From positions 32,001 through 96,000 of the forward strand of contig JAOZFI010000039.1 in assembly GCA_027491395.1 (NCBI GenBank): 64,000 nt of DNA. The letters are read 5' to 3'. The stretch comes from Thermoproteota archaeon (GTDB lineage Archaea; Korarchaeota; Korarchaeia; Korarchaeales; Korarchaeaceae). This document shows, piece by piece, positions 56,831 to 64,000 of this stretch. A program made the position numbers and the translations under genes. Under the pieces are notes generated by a model that did not search any database, was not told the origin of the DNA, and saw only the letters and a list, made by a program, of their open reading frames with translations. Position 1 is the stretch's first letter. Every line of letters begins with the position of its first letter.

Positions 56831-57721
56831 ATGGTGGAATTTAGCGCGTATACGCAGCTGTTGGTATCCTATGCCATACTAGGTGGTGTCTACGGGCTCA
56901 CCGCTCTAGGGCTCTCACTGATCTGGGGCGTCATGAAGGCTGTAAACTGGGCCCACGGTGATTTCCTCATGGTGGGTATGTACACAGCTTTCTGGACGGT
57001 CACCCTCTTCGGCATAGACCCCTATATCGCTGCCATAGTGGCATTCATTCTTCTTGGCCTGTTAGGAATGGTAACCCATGTGATAGCTATTGAACCGGTC
57101 GTAGAGAAGCCCGGCGGCCATGAGGCTACCTTACTTACCACATTGGGCATTTCAGTTATACTGGAAAGCTTGGCTCTCATACTCTGGTCTCCTAGCCCTA
57201 GATCGTTCCAGAATGTCTATAAGAGCACCTACATAGAGGTATTCGGTATAAGGACGAGTGTGGCCGAGGCCATAGCTTTCGCAGTCTCCATAGTGGCAAT
57301 AGTGGCTGTTGACCAGTTCCTAAAGAGGGTAAGGATAGGGAAAGCTATAAGGGCCGTGTCTCAGAACCCCGTAGGGGCTAGAGTGGTGGGGATAGATGTT
57401 CCCAGAATAAGGCTTATGACCTTCGGTCTCGGTGTTGCCTTGGCTGGAATGGCAGGTGTGCTTGTGGCCACATTCTACCCGAACATAAGACCTCTGGCCG
57501 GATACGTGTGGGACATAGCCTCTTATGTCGTAGTGATATTCGCTGGATTGGGTACGATATACGGAGTGATATTTGCAGGGATTATTATTGGAGTCACCGA
57601 AGGTCTCGGAACCATAGTGTTCTCAAATGCCTTCAGGCAAATACTGGTCTATGTGGTGTTCTTGACCGTTCTACTCCTGAGACCACAGGGACTCTTCGGA
57701 AAGGCCTTGAGGAGGGTTTAA
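56831..57721 (+). CDS. livH: ABC permease (LivH-like)
   Basis: ALGLSLIWG..VNWAHGD, GKAIRAVSQN, RPQGLFG. Confidence 0.9.
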   Translation: MVEFSAYTQLLVSYAILGGVYGLTALGLSLIWGVMKAVNWAHGDFLMVGMYTAFWTVTLFGIDPYIAAIVAFILLGLLGMVTHVIAIEPVVEKPGGHEATLLTTLGISVILESLALILWSPSPRSFQNVYKSTYIEVFGIRTSVAEAIAFAVSIVAIVAVDQFLKRVRIGKAIRAVSQNPVGARVVGIDVPRIRLMTFGLGVALAGMAGVLVATFYPNIRPLAGYVWDIASYVVVIFAGLGTIYGVIFAGIIIGVTEGLGTIVFSNAFRQILVYVVFLTVLLLRPQGLFGKALRRV

Positions 57722-57722
57722 G

Positions 57723-58691
57723 ATGGAATTTAAGTTAGCATGGAAATGGGTAGTGATAGCGATACTGCTGATCTTGGCTCTCATCTTCCCCCTGTTCGCT
57801 GATGAGTTCTTGGTATCCATCCTCATGCAAGCGTACCTCTGGGCATTCTTGGCGATGAGCTGGGATGTTATCGGAGGATATGGAGGGCAGTTCTCGCTGG
57901 GGCATGCGGCTTTCATTGCTCTCGGAGCGTATACCTCCACGATCCTTCTAGAGAGTTACGGAGTATCTCCTTGGATAGGTATGTGGGCTGCTGGCTTGGT
58001 GGCCGGAGCTGCAGGTGCATTGGTGGGGGTAGCCTCTCTGAGGTTGAGGGGTCCCTTCTTCGCACTGGGTACGATAGCATTTGCCGAATTAGTCAAACTC
58101 CTCCTGCTATACTTCAAAGGCATAACGGGCGGTCCACTGGGAATCCTGATCACTAAGAGTGGCCCGGAATACATGTTGTTCGAAAGCCAAGCCCATTACT
58201 ACTACCTGATGTTCGCGTTAATGATCGCCGGCCTTCTCTTCCTCAAGTGGTTTGAAGCTTCAAAATTCGGTATAGGTTTGGTCGCTATAAGGGAGGATGA
58301 GGAGGCGGCGGAGGGAGTCGGCATAAATGTTTACAGGACAAAGGTAATAGGGGCGGCGATAAGTGCATTTCTCACTGGTATAGGAGGTACTATCTACGCC
58401 CAGTGGATTCACTTCATCAGGCCGGACATAATCGTGAAGCTCGAGTATTCAACGCAGATAGCCGCAATAGACGTTGTCGGAGGGGCGGGAACGCCATACG
58501 GCGGATTAATAGGGGCCTTGATCTTGGTGCCTCTCTCCCTGTACTTGAACGCCATATTCGGAGGGATGATAGCAGGTCTCAGCCTGATACTCTATGGTGT
58601 CGTGCTGCTGGTCGTGGTGGTCATGGTACCCGGAGGAATCTATGGACTTGTCAGGAGGAAGTGGTTAAGTCGCAAAAAGGGAGGTGAGTGA
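57723..58691 (+). CDS. livM: ABC permease (LivM-like)
   Basis: GYGGQFSLGH, RLRGPFFALGT, AIREDEEAA, PGGI. Confidence 0.9.
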   Translation: MEFKLAWKWVVIAILLILALIFPLFADEFLVSILMQAYLWAFLAMSWDVIGGYGGQFSLGHAAFIALGAYTSTILLESYGVSPWIGMWAAGLVAGAAGALVGVASLRLRGPFFALGTIAFAELVKLLLLYFKGITGGPLGILITKSGPEYMLFESQAHYYYLMFALMIAGLLFLKWFEASKFGIGLVAIREDEEAAEGVGINVYRTKVIGAAISAFLTGIGGTIYAQWIHFIRPDIIVKLEYSTQIAAIDVVGGAGTPYGGLIGALILVPLSLYLNAIFGGMIAGLSLILYGVVLLVVVVMVPGGIYGLVRRKWLSRKKGGE

Positions 58692-59418
58692 TGTGCTTGA
58701 GGTAAAGGATGTGGTGAAGAGGTTCGGCGGCCTGGTGGCCCTCAACAAAGTGAGTCTTACTTTGAAGGAGAACGAGCTCCTCGGACTGATAGGACCGAAC
58801 GGATCTGGAAAGACCACGCTATTCAATGTGATAACGGGGTACTATAGACCTGAGGAGGGTAAGGTATTCTACAGAGGAGAGGAGATTACGGGACTCAGAC
58901 CTCACCTAATAGTCAAGAAGGGCATAGCTAGGACTTTTCAGATACCGAAGCCATTCGGCAGGCTCACAGTCTTGGAGAATGTCATGTCAGCGGCAATGTA
59001 TGGTAGAAAGGCTGCATCTAGAAGTGAGGCTAGGGAGATAGCCATGGACTGGCTCGAGTACGTTAGGCTAAAGGACAAGGCTGATGTGGAGGCCAAGGCC
59101 CTCAACATAGTGGAGAGGAAGCTGATGGAGCTGGCGAGAGCATTGTCGACAGGCCCAGACCTCCTGCTGCTTGATGAGCTTGTGGCTGGACTCAACCCCT
59201 CCGAGATGATGGAAGTAGTGAAGCTTGTCAGGAAGCTGGTGGATGAGAGGGGGCTCACAATAATAATGGTAGAGCATGTGATGAAAGCGGTGATGAGCAT
59301 CTCGGACAGGGTTTTCGTCCTTCACAGGGGTGCGAAACTGGCAGAGGGTAGACCCCAGGAGGTCTCAAGGGATCCGAAGGTGATCGAGGCTTACTTGGGA
59401 GAACCGATCCAAGTGTGA
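58684..59418 (+). CDS. livG: ABC ATPase (LivG-like)
   Basis: GPNGSGKTT, RTFQ, LLDE, VEH, AYLG. Confidence 0.92.
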   Translation: MSDVLEVKDVVKRFGGLVALNKVSLTLKENELLGLIGPNGSGKTTLFNVITGYYRPEEGKVFYRGEEITGLRPHLIVKKGIARTFQIPKPFGRLTVLENVMSAAMYGRKAASRSEAREIAMDWLEYVRLKDKADVEAKALNIVERKLMELARALSTGPDLLLLDELVAGLNPSEMMEVVKLVRKLVDERGLTIIMVEHVMKAVMSISDRVFVLHRGAKLAEGRPQEVSRDPKVIEAYLGEPIQV

Positions 59419-59429
59419 GGTGATTTTGT

Positions 59430-60137
59430 ATGCTCCTCGAACTCCAGAAGATAAACGCTGGATATGGTGACCTCCAAGTTCTCTGGGATGTTAACCTCTC
59501 CGTGGACAAGGGAGAGATAGTGAGTCTGCTGGGGAGCAACGGTGCCGGGAAGACCACCACATTAAGGGTGATCTCAGGTCTACTGAAGCCCTTCAGTGGT
59601 AAGGTGGCGTTTAACGGTCGGGACATTACCAAGCTGCCCAGCAACAAGAGGGTGGAGATAGGTCTAGCTCTGGTGCCCGAAGGCAGGCAGCTCTTCCCTG
59701 AGATGACCGTCTTGGACAACTTGGAGATGGGCGCATACACTAAGAGGGCTAGGGACAAGTTCCACGAGACGCTCGAGTGGGTGTTCTCCCTCTTCCCCAA
59801 ATTGAAGGAGAGGAGAGCCCAGCTGGCAGGAACGATGAGCGGAGGAGAGCAACAGATGCTCGCGATAGCTAGAGGACTGATGAGCAGACCAGAGGTCCTC
59901 ATGATGGATGAGCCCTCCATGGGACTCGCGCCTAAGCTTGTCCTAGAGATATTCGGGACGATAAAGAAACTCAGAGAGGAGGGGGTGACCATCCTCCTAG
60001 TGGAGCAGAACGCCAAGGCTGCCTTAGATGTGTCTGATAGAGCCTACATCTTGGAGACCGGGAGGATAGTGCTCCATGGACCGGCGCAGGAGCTCCTCGG
60101 AATGGACGAGGTGAGAAAAGCTTACTTGGGAATTTAA
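59430..60137 (+). CDS. livF: ABC ATPase (LivF-like)
   Basis: GSNGAGKTT, VPEGR, MSGGEQQM, DEPSMGL, VEQN. Confidence 0.93.
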   Translation: MLLELQKINAGYGDLQVLWDVNLSVDKGEIVSLLGSNGAGKTTTLRVISGLLKPFSGKVAFNGRDITKLPSNKRVEIGLALVPEGRQLFPEMTVLDNLEMGAYTKRARDKFHETLEWVFSLFPKLKERRAQLAGTMSGGEQQMLAIARGLMSRPEVLMMDEPSMGLAPKLVLEIFGTIKKLREEGVTILLVEQNAKAALDVSDRAYILETGRIVLHGPAQELLGMDEVRKAYLGI

Positions 60138-60238
60138 GGGTTCCCCTCCCCCTTTTTCGGTAAGAACTCTCCAGCATTCGACTGAGAATCAAGCTTCAGA
60201 CAGATAGCTTATAATCCCCCGCTGCCTAGTCTAACCGT

Positions 60239-60549
60239 ATGCTGACCCTCAAGCCACGCAGTCCTGAGATGGCGAGGGCCCTAGTGAACTTCGCTCAGGG
60301 AGTTCAGAAGTCCTTCGGGGACAGGCTGGTTGCCCTCTACATAGCAGGCACCCGTCCATAGAGGTCGACGGATACAACGCTTTGGTCGTCTTGAAGGAGG
60401 TCAGGCCCGGTGATCAGGAGCTGGCCATCAAGCTAGCAATAGAGTCGTGCAGGGAGCTGGATCCCGAGGATCAGATAGCTCCCTTGGTTGTGGGGGAGGA
60501 TGAACTTGAGAAGGTCGAGATCCCCTCAGAGTTTCGCAGAAAAGTCTAG
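60239..60549 (+). pseudogene. Frameshifted, degenerate minimal nucleotidyltransferase (MNT)-like gene
   Basis: MLTLKP..FGDRLVALYIAGTRP-stop(60361); continues in the -1 frame as IEVDGYNALVVLKE..IAPLVV..RKV-stop(60549). Confidence 0.6.
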
Positions 60550-60861
60550 GCTGCTATTACATCAGGCCGAGCTGGATCTCTTCCACGGTTGCTTTGAGAA
60601 ATCCGCAAGCGCTTCCTACTTTGCGGTAGAGAACGCTCTCAACGCACTTTCCCTAGAGAGACAGGGGAACCTCCCCAAGGGATACAGGAGCAGCTGGCGC
60701 TCATGGGCAGGTGGTTTCCTGAGGAAGCCACAGAGTTCGATCGGATGCATAGGGTACGTGTGAAGGCGGATCACTGGGACGATCTCATCCCTGAGGAGGA
60801 TGCTAGGAAGCAGCTAGAAAGTGCCAAGAGGCTAGTGGAGAAGTTACTCTCCCCGCTCTGA
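60500..60861 (+). pseudogene. Frameshifted HEPN-domain gene
   Basis: EKSRLLLHQAELDL..SASASYFAVENAL, a shift near 60690, then QLALMGRWF..RVKADH..EEDARKQLESAKRLVEKL-stop(60861). Confidence 0.7.
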
Positions 60862-60903
60862 GTAGGCAGATCTGGAACCCTATTTTGACTCTGACCTTCA
60901 CCT

Positions 60904-61920
60904 TCACATACGTTCCAGCACGGCCTCAGCGACCTCGAAGGTTGTGGCATTCCCCCCGAGATCGGGGGTCAGCACACCATCCTTAACGGCCCTCTCCACC
61001 GCTTCGCGCATCTTCCTCCCTATATCATCGAGCCTTCCTTCCCTATACTTGATTCCCAACCATTCGAGCATCATGGAGGCCGCCAATATCGTTCCTAGGG
61101 GATTGGCTATTCCCCTTCCAGCTATGTCCTCCGCGGTCCCATGGATGGGTTCGAAGGCGGCATACTCATCTCCTATTTGCGCCGAGCCGCAGAGTCCCAA
61201 GCTGCCGATCACCCCGGCGGCCACGTCCGAGAGTATATCCCCATATAAATTGGGGAGGAGCATCACGTCGAAGGGACGATCGACCTTCACGAGCCTGTAG
61301 GCAGCGGCATCCACTATGTAATCATCCGCTTCAACGCTGGGATGTTTGGAGGCCACGTGATAGAACTCCTCGAGGAAGAGGCCGTCGCTAACCTTCAAGA
61401 CGTTTTTCTTGTGGATGGCCGTGACCTTGGCCCTGCCCTCCCTCTCAGCGAGTCGGAAGGCGAACTCCGCTATCCTCCTGGCGCCTCTTCGAGTTATCAC
61501 CCTCCTGGTAACAGCCACATCCCCCCGGAGCTCCTCCTCACCTGAGTACAAACCTTCTACGTTCTCTCTTACCATCACAAGATCCATGCGCCTGAGGGAT
61601 ATGCCATCATAACTCTTGAAGGGTCGTATGTTTGCGTATAGATCGAACTCCCTCCTGATTCTCAGGTTAACGCTCGGATAGCTCCTCCCCTTGGTGGGGG
61701 TGGCAATCGGGCCCTTGAGAAGGGCGTCACTCTCCCTCAACTTATCCATCCCGCCCTCCTCCATTGGCAGCCCGGTCTCATTGAAGTAGGCCTTGCCGGC
61801 CCTTACCTCCACGAACTCCGCATCCACGACCCTTTCCAGTAGGGAGAGAGTGGCGTCAATGACCTCGGGTCCCACGCCGTCGCCCCTTATCACCGCTATC
61901 CTGGGCCTCAAGCCCATCAC
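60904..61920 (-). CDS. Isocitrate/isopropylmalate/homoisocitrate dehydrogenase family protein
   Basis: GDGVGPEV, KGP, SVNLRIRR, RENVEGLY, NLYGDILSD, EPIHGTA.DIAG, ANP, TPDLGG. Confidence 0.93.
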   Translation of the reverse strand: MMGLRPRIAVIRGDGVGPEVIDATLSLLERVVDAEFVEVRAGKAYFNETGLPMEEGGMDKLRESDALLKGPIATPTKGRSYPSVNLRIRREFDLYANIRPFKSYDGISLRRMDLVMVRENVEGLYSGEEELRGDVAVTRRVITRRGARRIAEFAFRLAEREGRAKVTAIHKKNVLKVSDGLFLEEFYHVASKHPSVEADDYIVDAAAYRLVKVDRPFDVMLLPNLYGDILSDVAAGVIGSLGLCGSAQIGDEYAAFEPIHGTAEDIAGRGIANPLGTILAASMMLEWLGIKYREGRLDDIGRKMREAVERAVKDGVLTPDLGGNATTFEVAEAVLERM

Positions 61921-62414
61921 TCCCAGGGCAGTTTCCCGTGCCTCTTGTAGTAGGACTCTATTCCTCCCTCCTCGAGCAGCGACATTATCATCGGTGGGAA
62001 CGGCTTGAAGTTCGCCTCCGTTCCCTTGGAGAGGTCCCTGACGGTGCCCTCTCGTAAGTCGACTTCCATCTCGTCACCATCCTCTGCCTCTACCCTCGCC
62101 TCCACTACGGGAAGGCCCACGTTTATCGCGTTCCTGTAGAAGATCCTCGCGAAGCTCTCGGCCACGACAGCACCAACTCCCACGAGCTTGAGGAGTCTAG
62201 CGGCATGCTCCCTACTCGATCCGTATCCGAAATTCCTTCCGGCCACTATAATGTCATTGGGCCTGACCCTCTCGCTGAACCCGGGTATGAGATCATTGAA
62301 CACGTACTGCCTCATCTCCTCTAGGGTCCTGACCTTGTACTTGAGCCTGCCCGGGATTATGTGATCCGTGGTAACGTGATCCCCCAATCTCCAAGCCCTG
62401 CCCCTGATCCTCAT
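61917..62414 (-). CDS. Aconitase-family small subunit (LeuD/HacB-like)
   Basis: TTDHIIPG, NFGYGSSREHA, SFARIFYRNAINVG. True start is ATG 62414 (ATGA overlap). Confidence 0.92.
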   Translation of the reverse strand: MRIRGRAWRLGDHVTTDHIIPGRLKYKVRTLEEMRQYVFNDLIPGFSERVRPNDIIVAGRNFGYGSSREHAARLLKLVGVGAVVAESFARIFYRNAINVGLPVVEARVEAEDGDEMEVDLREGTVRDLSKGTEANFKPFPPMIMSLLEEGGIESYYKRHGKLPWE

Positions 62415-63658
62415 GATAGCAACCTCCTCGGATCGGTAAGCTGTCCCCTCACAGCGGTCGCTGCTGCCGTCACCGGGGAAGCTAGGTATATCTGGCTGGA
62501 CGGGTGACCCATCCTTCCCGGGAAGTTCCTGGTGGAGGTAGAAACCACCACCTCCTCCGGACCGAGCACTCCCATGTGGGCTCCTATGCACGGTCCACAT
62601 GTGGGGGGACCTATCACGCAGCCAGCCTCCGTCAACTCAGCAAGGATGCCCGACTCTATTAGGGTCATGTACACCTCCTTAGACGCCGGGGCCGCGATGC
62701 ACCTCACCCCCTTCTTGACCCTGTTCCCCCTGAGCACCCTGGCCGCCTGCAGGAAGTCCTCGAATCTCCCTCCTGAGCAGCTGCCGATGAACACCTCGTT
62801 GACATCCACTCCCTCCATCTCCTCTACGGGCCTAACATTATCCAAATTTCCGGGGAGCGCCACATTCGGCTGGATTTCCCGGGCATTGAATACGATCTCA
62901 TCCCTGTAGTCAGCATGGGGATCCGGCTGGAGGGGCTCCGCCTCGACACCCCTCTCCCTCAACCATCTGAGGGTCACACCGTCAGCTGGCACCAGCCCTA
63001 CCTTGGCCCCCATCTCGACGCTCATGTTAGAGAGCACCGCCCTTGAATCCACGCTCATCTCCTCCACTACCGATCCTAGAAACTCCACTGCCTTGTAATT
63101 CGCTCCATCGCTTCCCAATCTCCCTATTATCTCGAGAATTACGTCCTTCGCCATGACACCATCCTCCAGTTTCCCCTCTACAGTGATCGCCATCGTCTCG
63201 GGAACCCTCAACCAGATCCTCCCTCTAGCCATGGCTATCGCCGCGTCAGTGCTCCCCACTCCTGTGGCGAAGGCCCCGTAGGCTCCTAAGGTCACTGTGT
63301 GGCTGTCGGCCCCTAGAACCACCATCCCAGGCCTGACTAACCCAGCCTCGGGGATGACTTGGTGGCTTATCCCGTTCCCCACATCGAATATCTTGATACC
63401 GTGCCTTGAAGCGAAGGCCCTCATCTGAATGTGCAGCGCCGCCGCCTCGGCATGCGGAGCTGGAGCCGCGTGATCTATGGTGAACACCACGTTCCCCGAT
63501 ACAGAATCAAATCCTAGGCCCTCGAGCACGTCTATGGCGAGGGGCGCGGTGCCGTCGTGGGCGTACACCAGATCCACATTAACTACCACGTGCTCGCCAG
63601 CCTCCACATCCCTCCCCAGCTTCGAGGAGAGTATCTTCTCGGTCATCGTCCCTCCCAA
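62411..63658 (-). CDS. Aconitase-family large subunit (LeuC/HacA-like)
   Basis: [37 protein letters not shown]. Confidence 0.93.
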   Translation of the reverse strand: MGGTMTEKILSSKLGRDVEAGEHVVVNVDLVYAHDGTAPLAIDVLEGLGFDSVSGNVVFTIDHAAPAPHAEAAALHIQMRAFASRHGIKIFDVGNGISHQVIPEAGLVRPGMVVLGADSHTVTLGAYGAFATGVGSTDAAIAMARGRIWLRVPETMAITVEGKLEDGVMAKDVILEIIGRLGSDGANYKAVEFLGSVVEEMSVDSRAVLSNMSVEMGAKVGLVPADGVTLRWLRERGVEAEPLQPDPHADYRDEIVFNAREIQPNVALPGNLDNVRPVEEMEGVDVNEVFIGSCSGGRFEDFLQAARVLRGNRVKKGVRCIAAPASKEVYMTLIESGILAELTEAGCVIGPPTCGPCIGAHMGVLGPEEVVVSTSTRNFPGRMGHPSSQIYLASPVTAAATAVRGQLTDPRRLLS

Positions 63659-63999
63659 ACCTCGATCCCCTCCACCAGCTCAGGTACATATCTTCTCAGG
63701 ATCCCCAGCACCTCCTCATCACTCAGAGGCTCGGTCCTCCCACCTTCAAAGGAATTCAGGACCTCTCTATAAGCTATGTCTAAACGAGGATCTCCCTTCA
63801 GGGACATCCAGTCCTTGACCCCAGCCTTCTTCACGAGCCAGTATATCAGACCAGCTCTTCCAGAGTATGGCGTGATCTCCACATCGTAGGGTATTCCGAG
63901 CACCTCCTCGGGATCGAATGGCAGGTAAATGGCAGGATTCTTGAGCAGACCGTCGATGTGTATCCCCGCCTTGGTCCTGAACGCGTTCTCCCCTAATAT
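63643..63999 (-). CDS. DRE-TIM acetyl-CoA condensing enzyme, C-terminal part (Re-citrate synthase-like; 5' end outside window)
   Basis: Frame is open to the window edge: [58 protein letters not shown]. No LeuA regulatory domain. Confidence 0.8.
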   Translation of the reverse strand: MLGENAFRTKAGIHIDGLLKNPAIYLPFDPEEVLGIPYDVEITPYSGRAGLIYWLVKKAGVKDWMSLKGDPRLDIAYREVLNSFEGGRTEPLSDEEVLGILRRYVPELVEGIEVWEGR

Positions 64000-64000
64000 T

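Noticed and set aside
60359-60361. TAG read-through (pyrrolysine) in the MNT-like gene
   Set aside because: The same frame stops again after 10 codons; the plausible continuation is in another frame, and no pyl genes are in the window.
315-63818. Many antisense and alternate-frame ORFs in the track (e.g. 7338-8003, 53905-54711, 59255-60016)
   Set aside because: They lie within well-supported genes and show no motifs; they are shadows of codon bias.
1-64000. CRISPR arrays, rRNA, tRNA, transposases or integrases
   Set aside because: No regularly spaced repeats, no cloverleaf with a T-loop in the spacers read by eye, and no recombinase motifs. A tRNAscan/Infernal run would still be needed to be sure.

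Overview
Gene-dense chromosomal window from a thermophilic archaeon: AGG/ATA-rich codons, GGAGGTG/GGGGTG Shine-Dalgarno motifs, TTTA(T/A)A boxes and pyrimidine/T-tract terminators. A Korarchaeota-like origin is my inference from style and gene content, not a search result. It holds about 65 CDS, mostly housekeeping or amino-acid metabolism: two Liv-type ABC transporters, cysS, serS, bacterial-type thrS, alaX, aroC with a chorismate mutase-aminotransferase fusion and tyrA, speE, malic enzyme, GlcD/GlcF-like, a PPP phosphatase, a KaiC-like ATPase and several surface proteins. I saw no tRNA, rRNA, CRISPR array or IS element. The most notable observations are: (1) a translationally coupled run of small membrane ORFs (two too short for the ORF track) ending in a VirB2/CedA1-like pilin candidate, next to a CARDB surface protein (40.8-44.5 kb); (2) a 'leu-like' operon that looks instead like Re-citrate synthase + two-subunit aconitase + isocitrate dehydrogenase; (3) an IscS homolog lacking its catalytic Cys loop; (4) a circularly permuted GlcF; (5) a structured leader before thrS; (6) an MNT-HEPN pair with a frameshift in each gene; (7) a probable ATT start codon. 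All family calls are motif recognition by eye; no searches were run.
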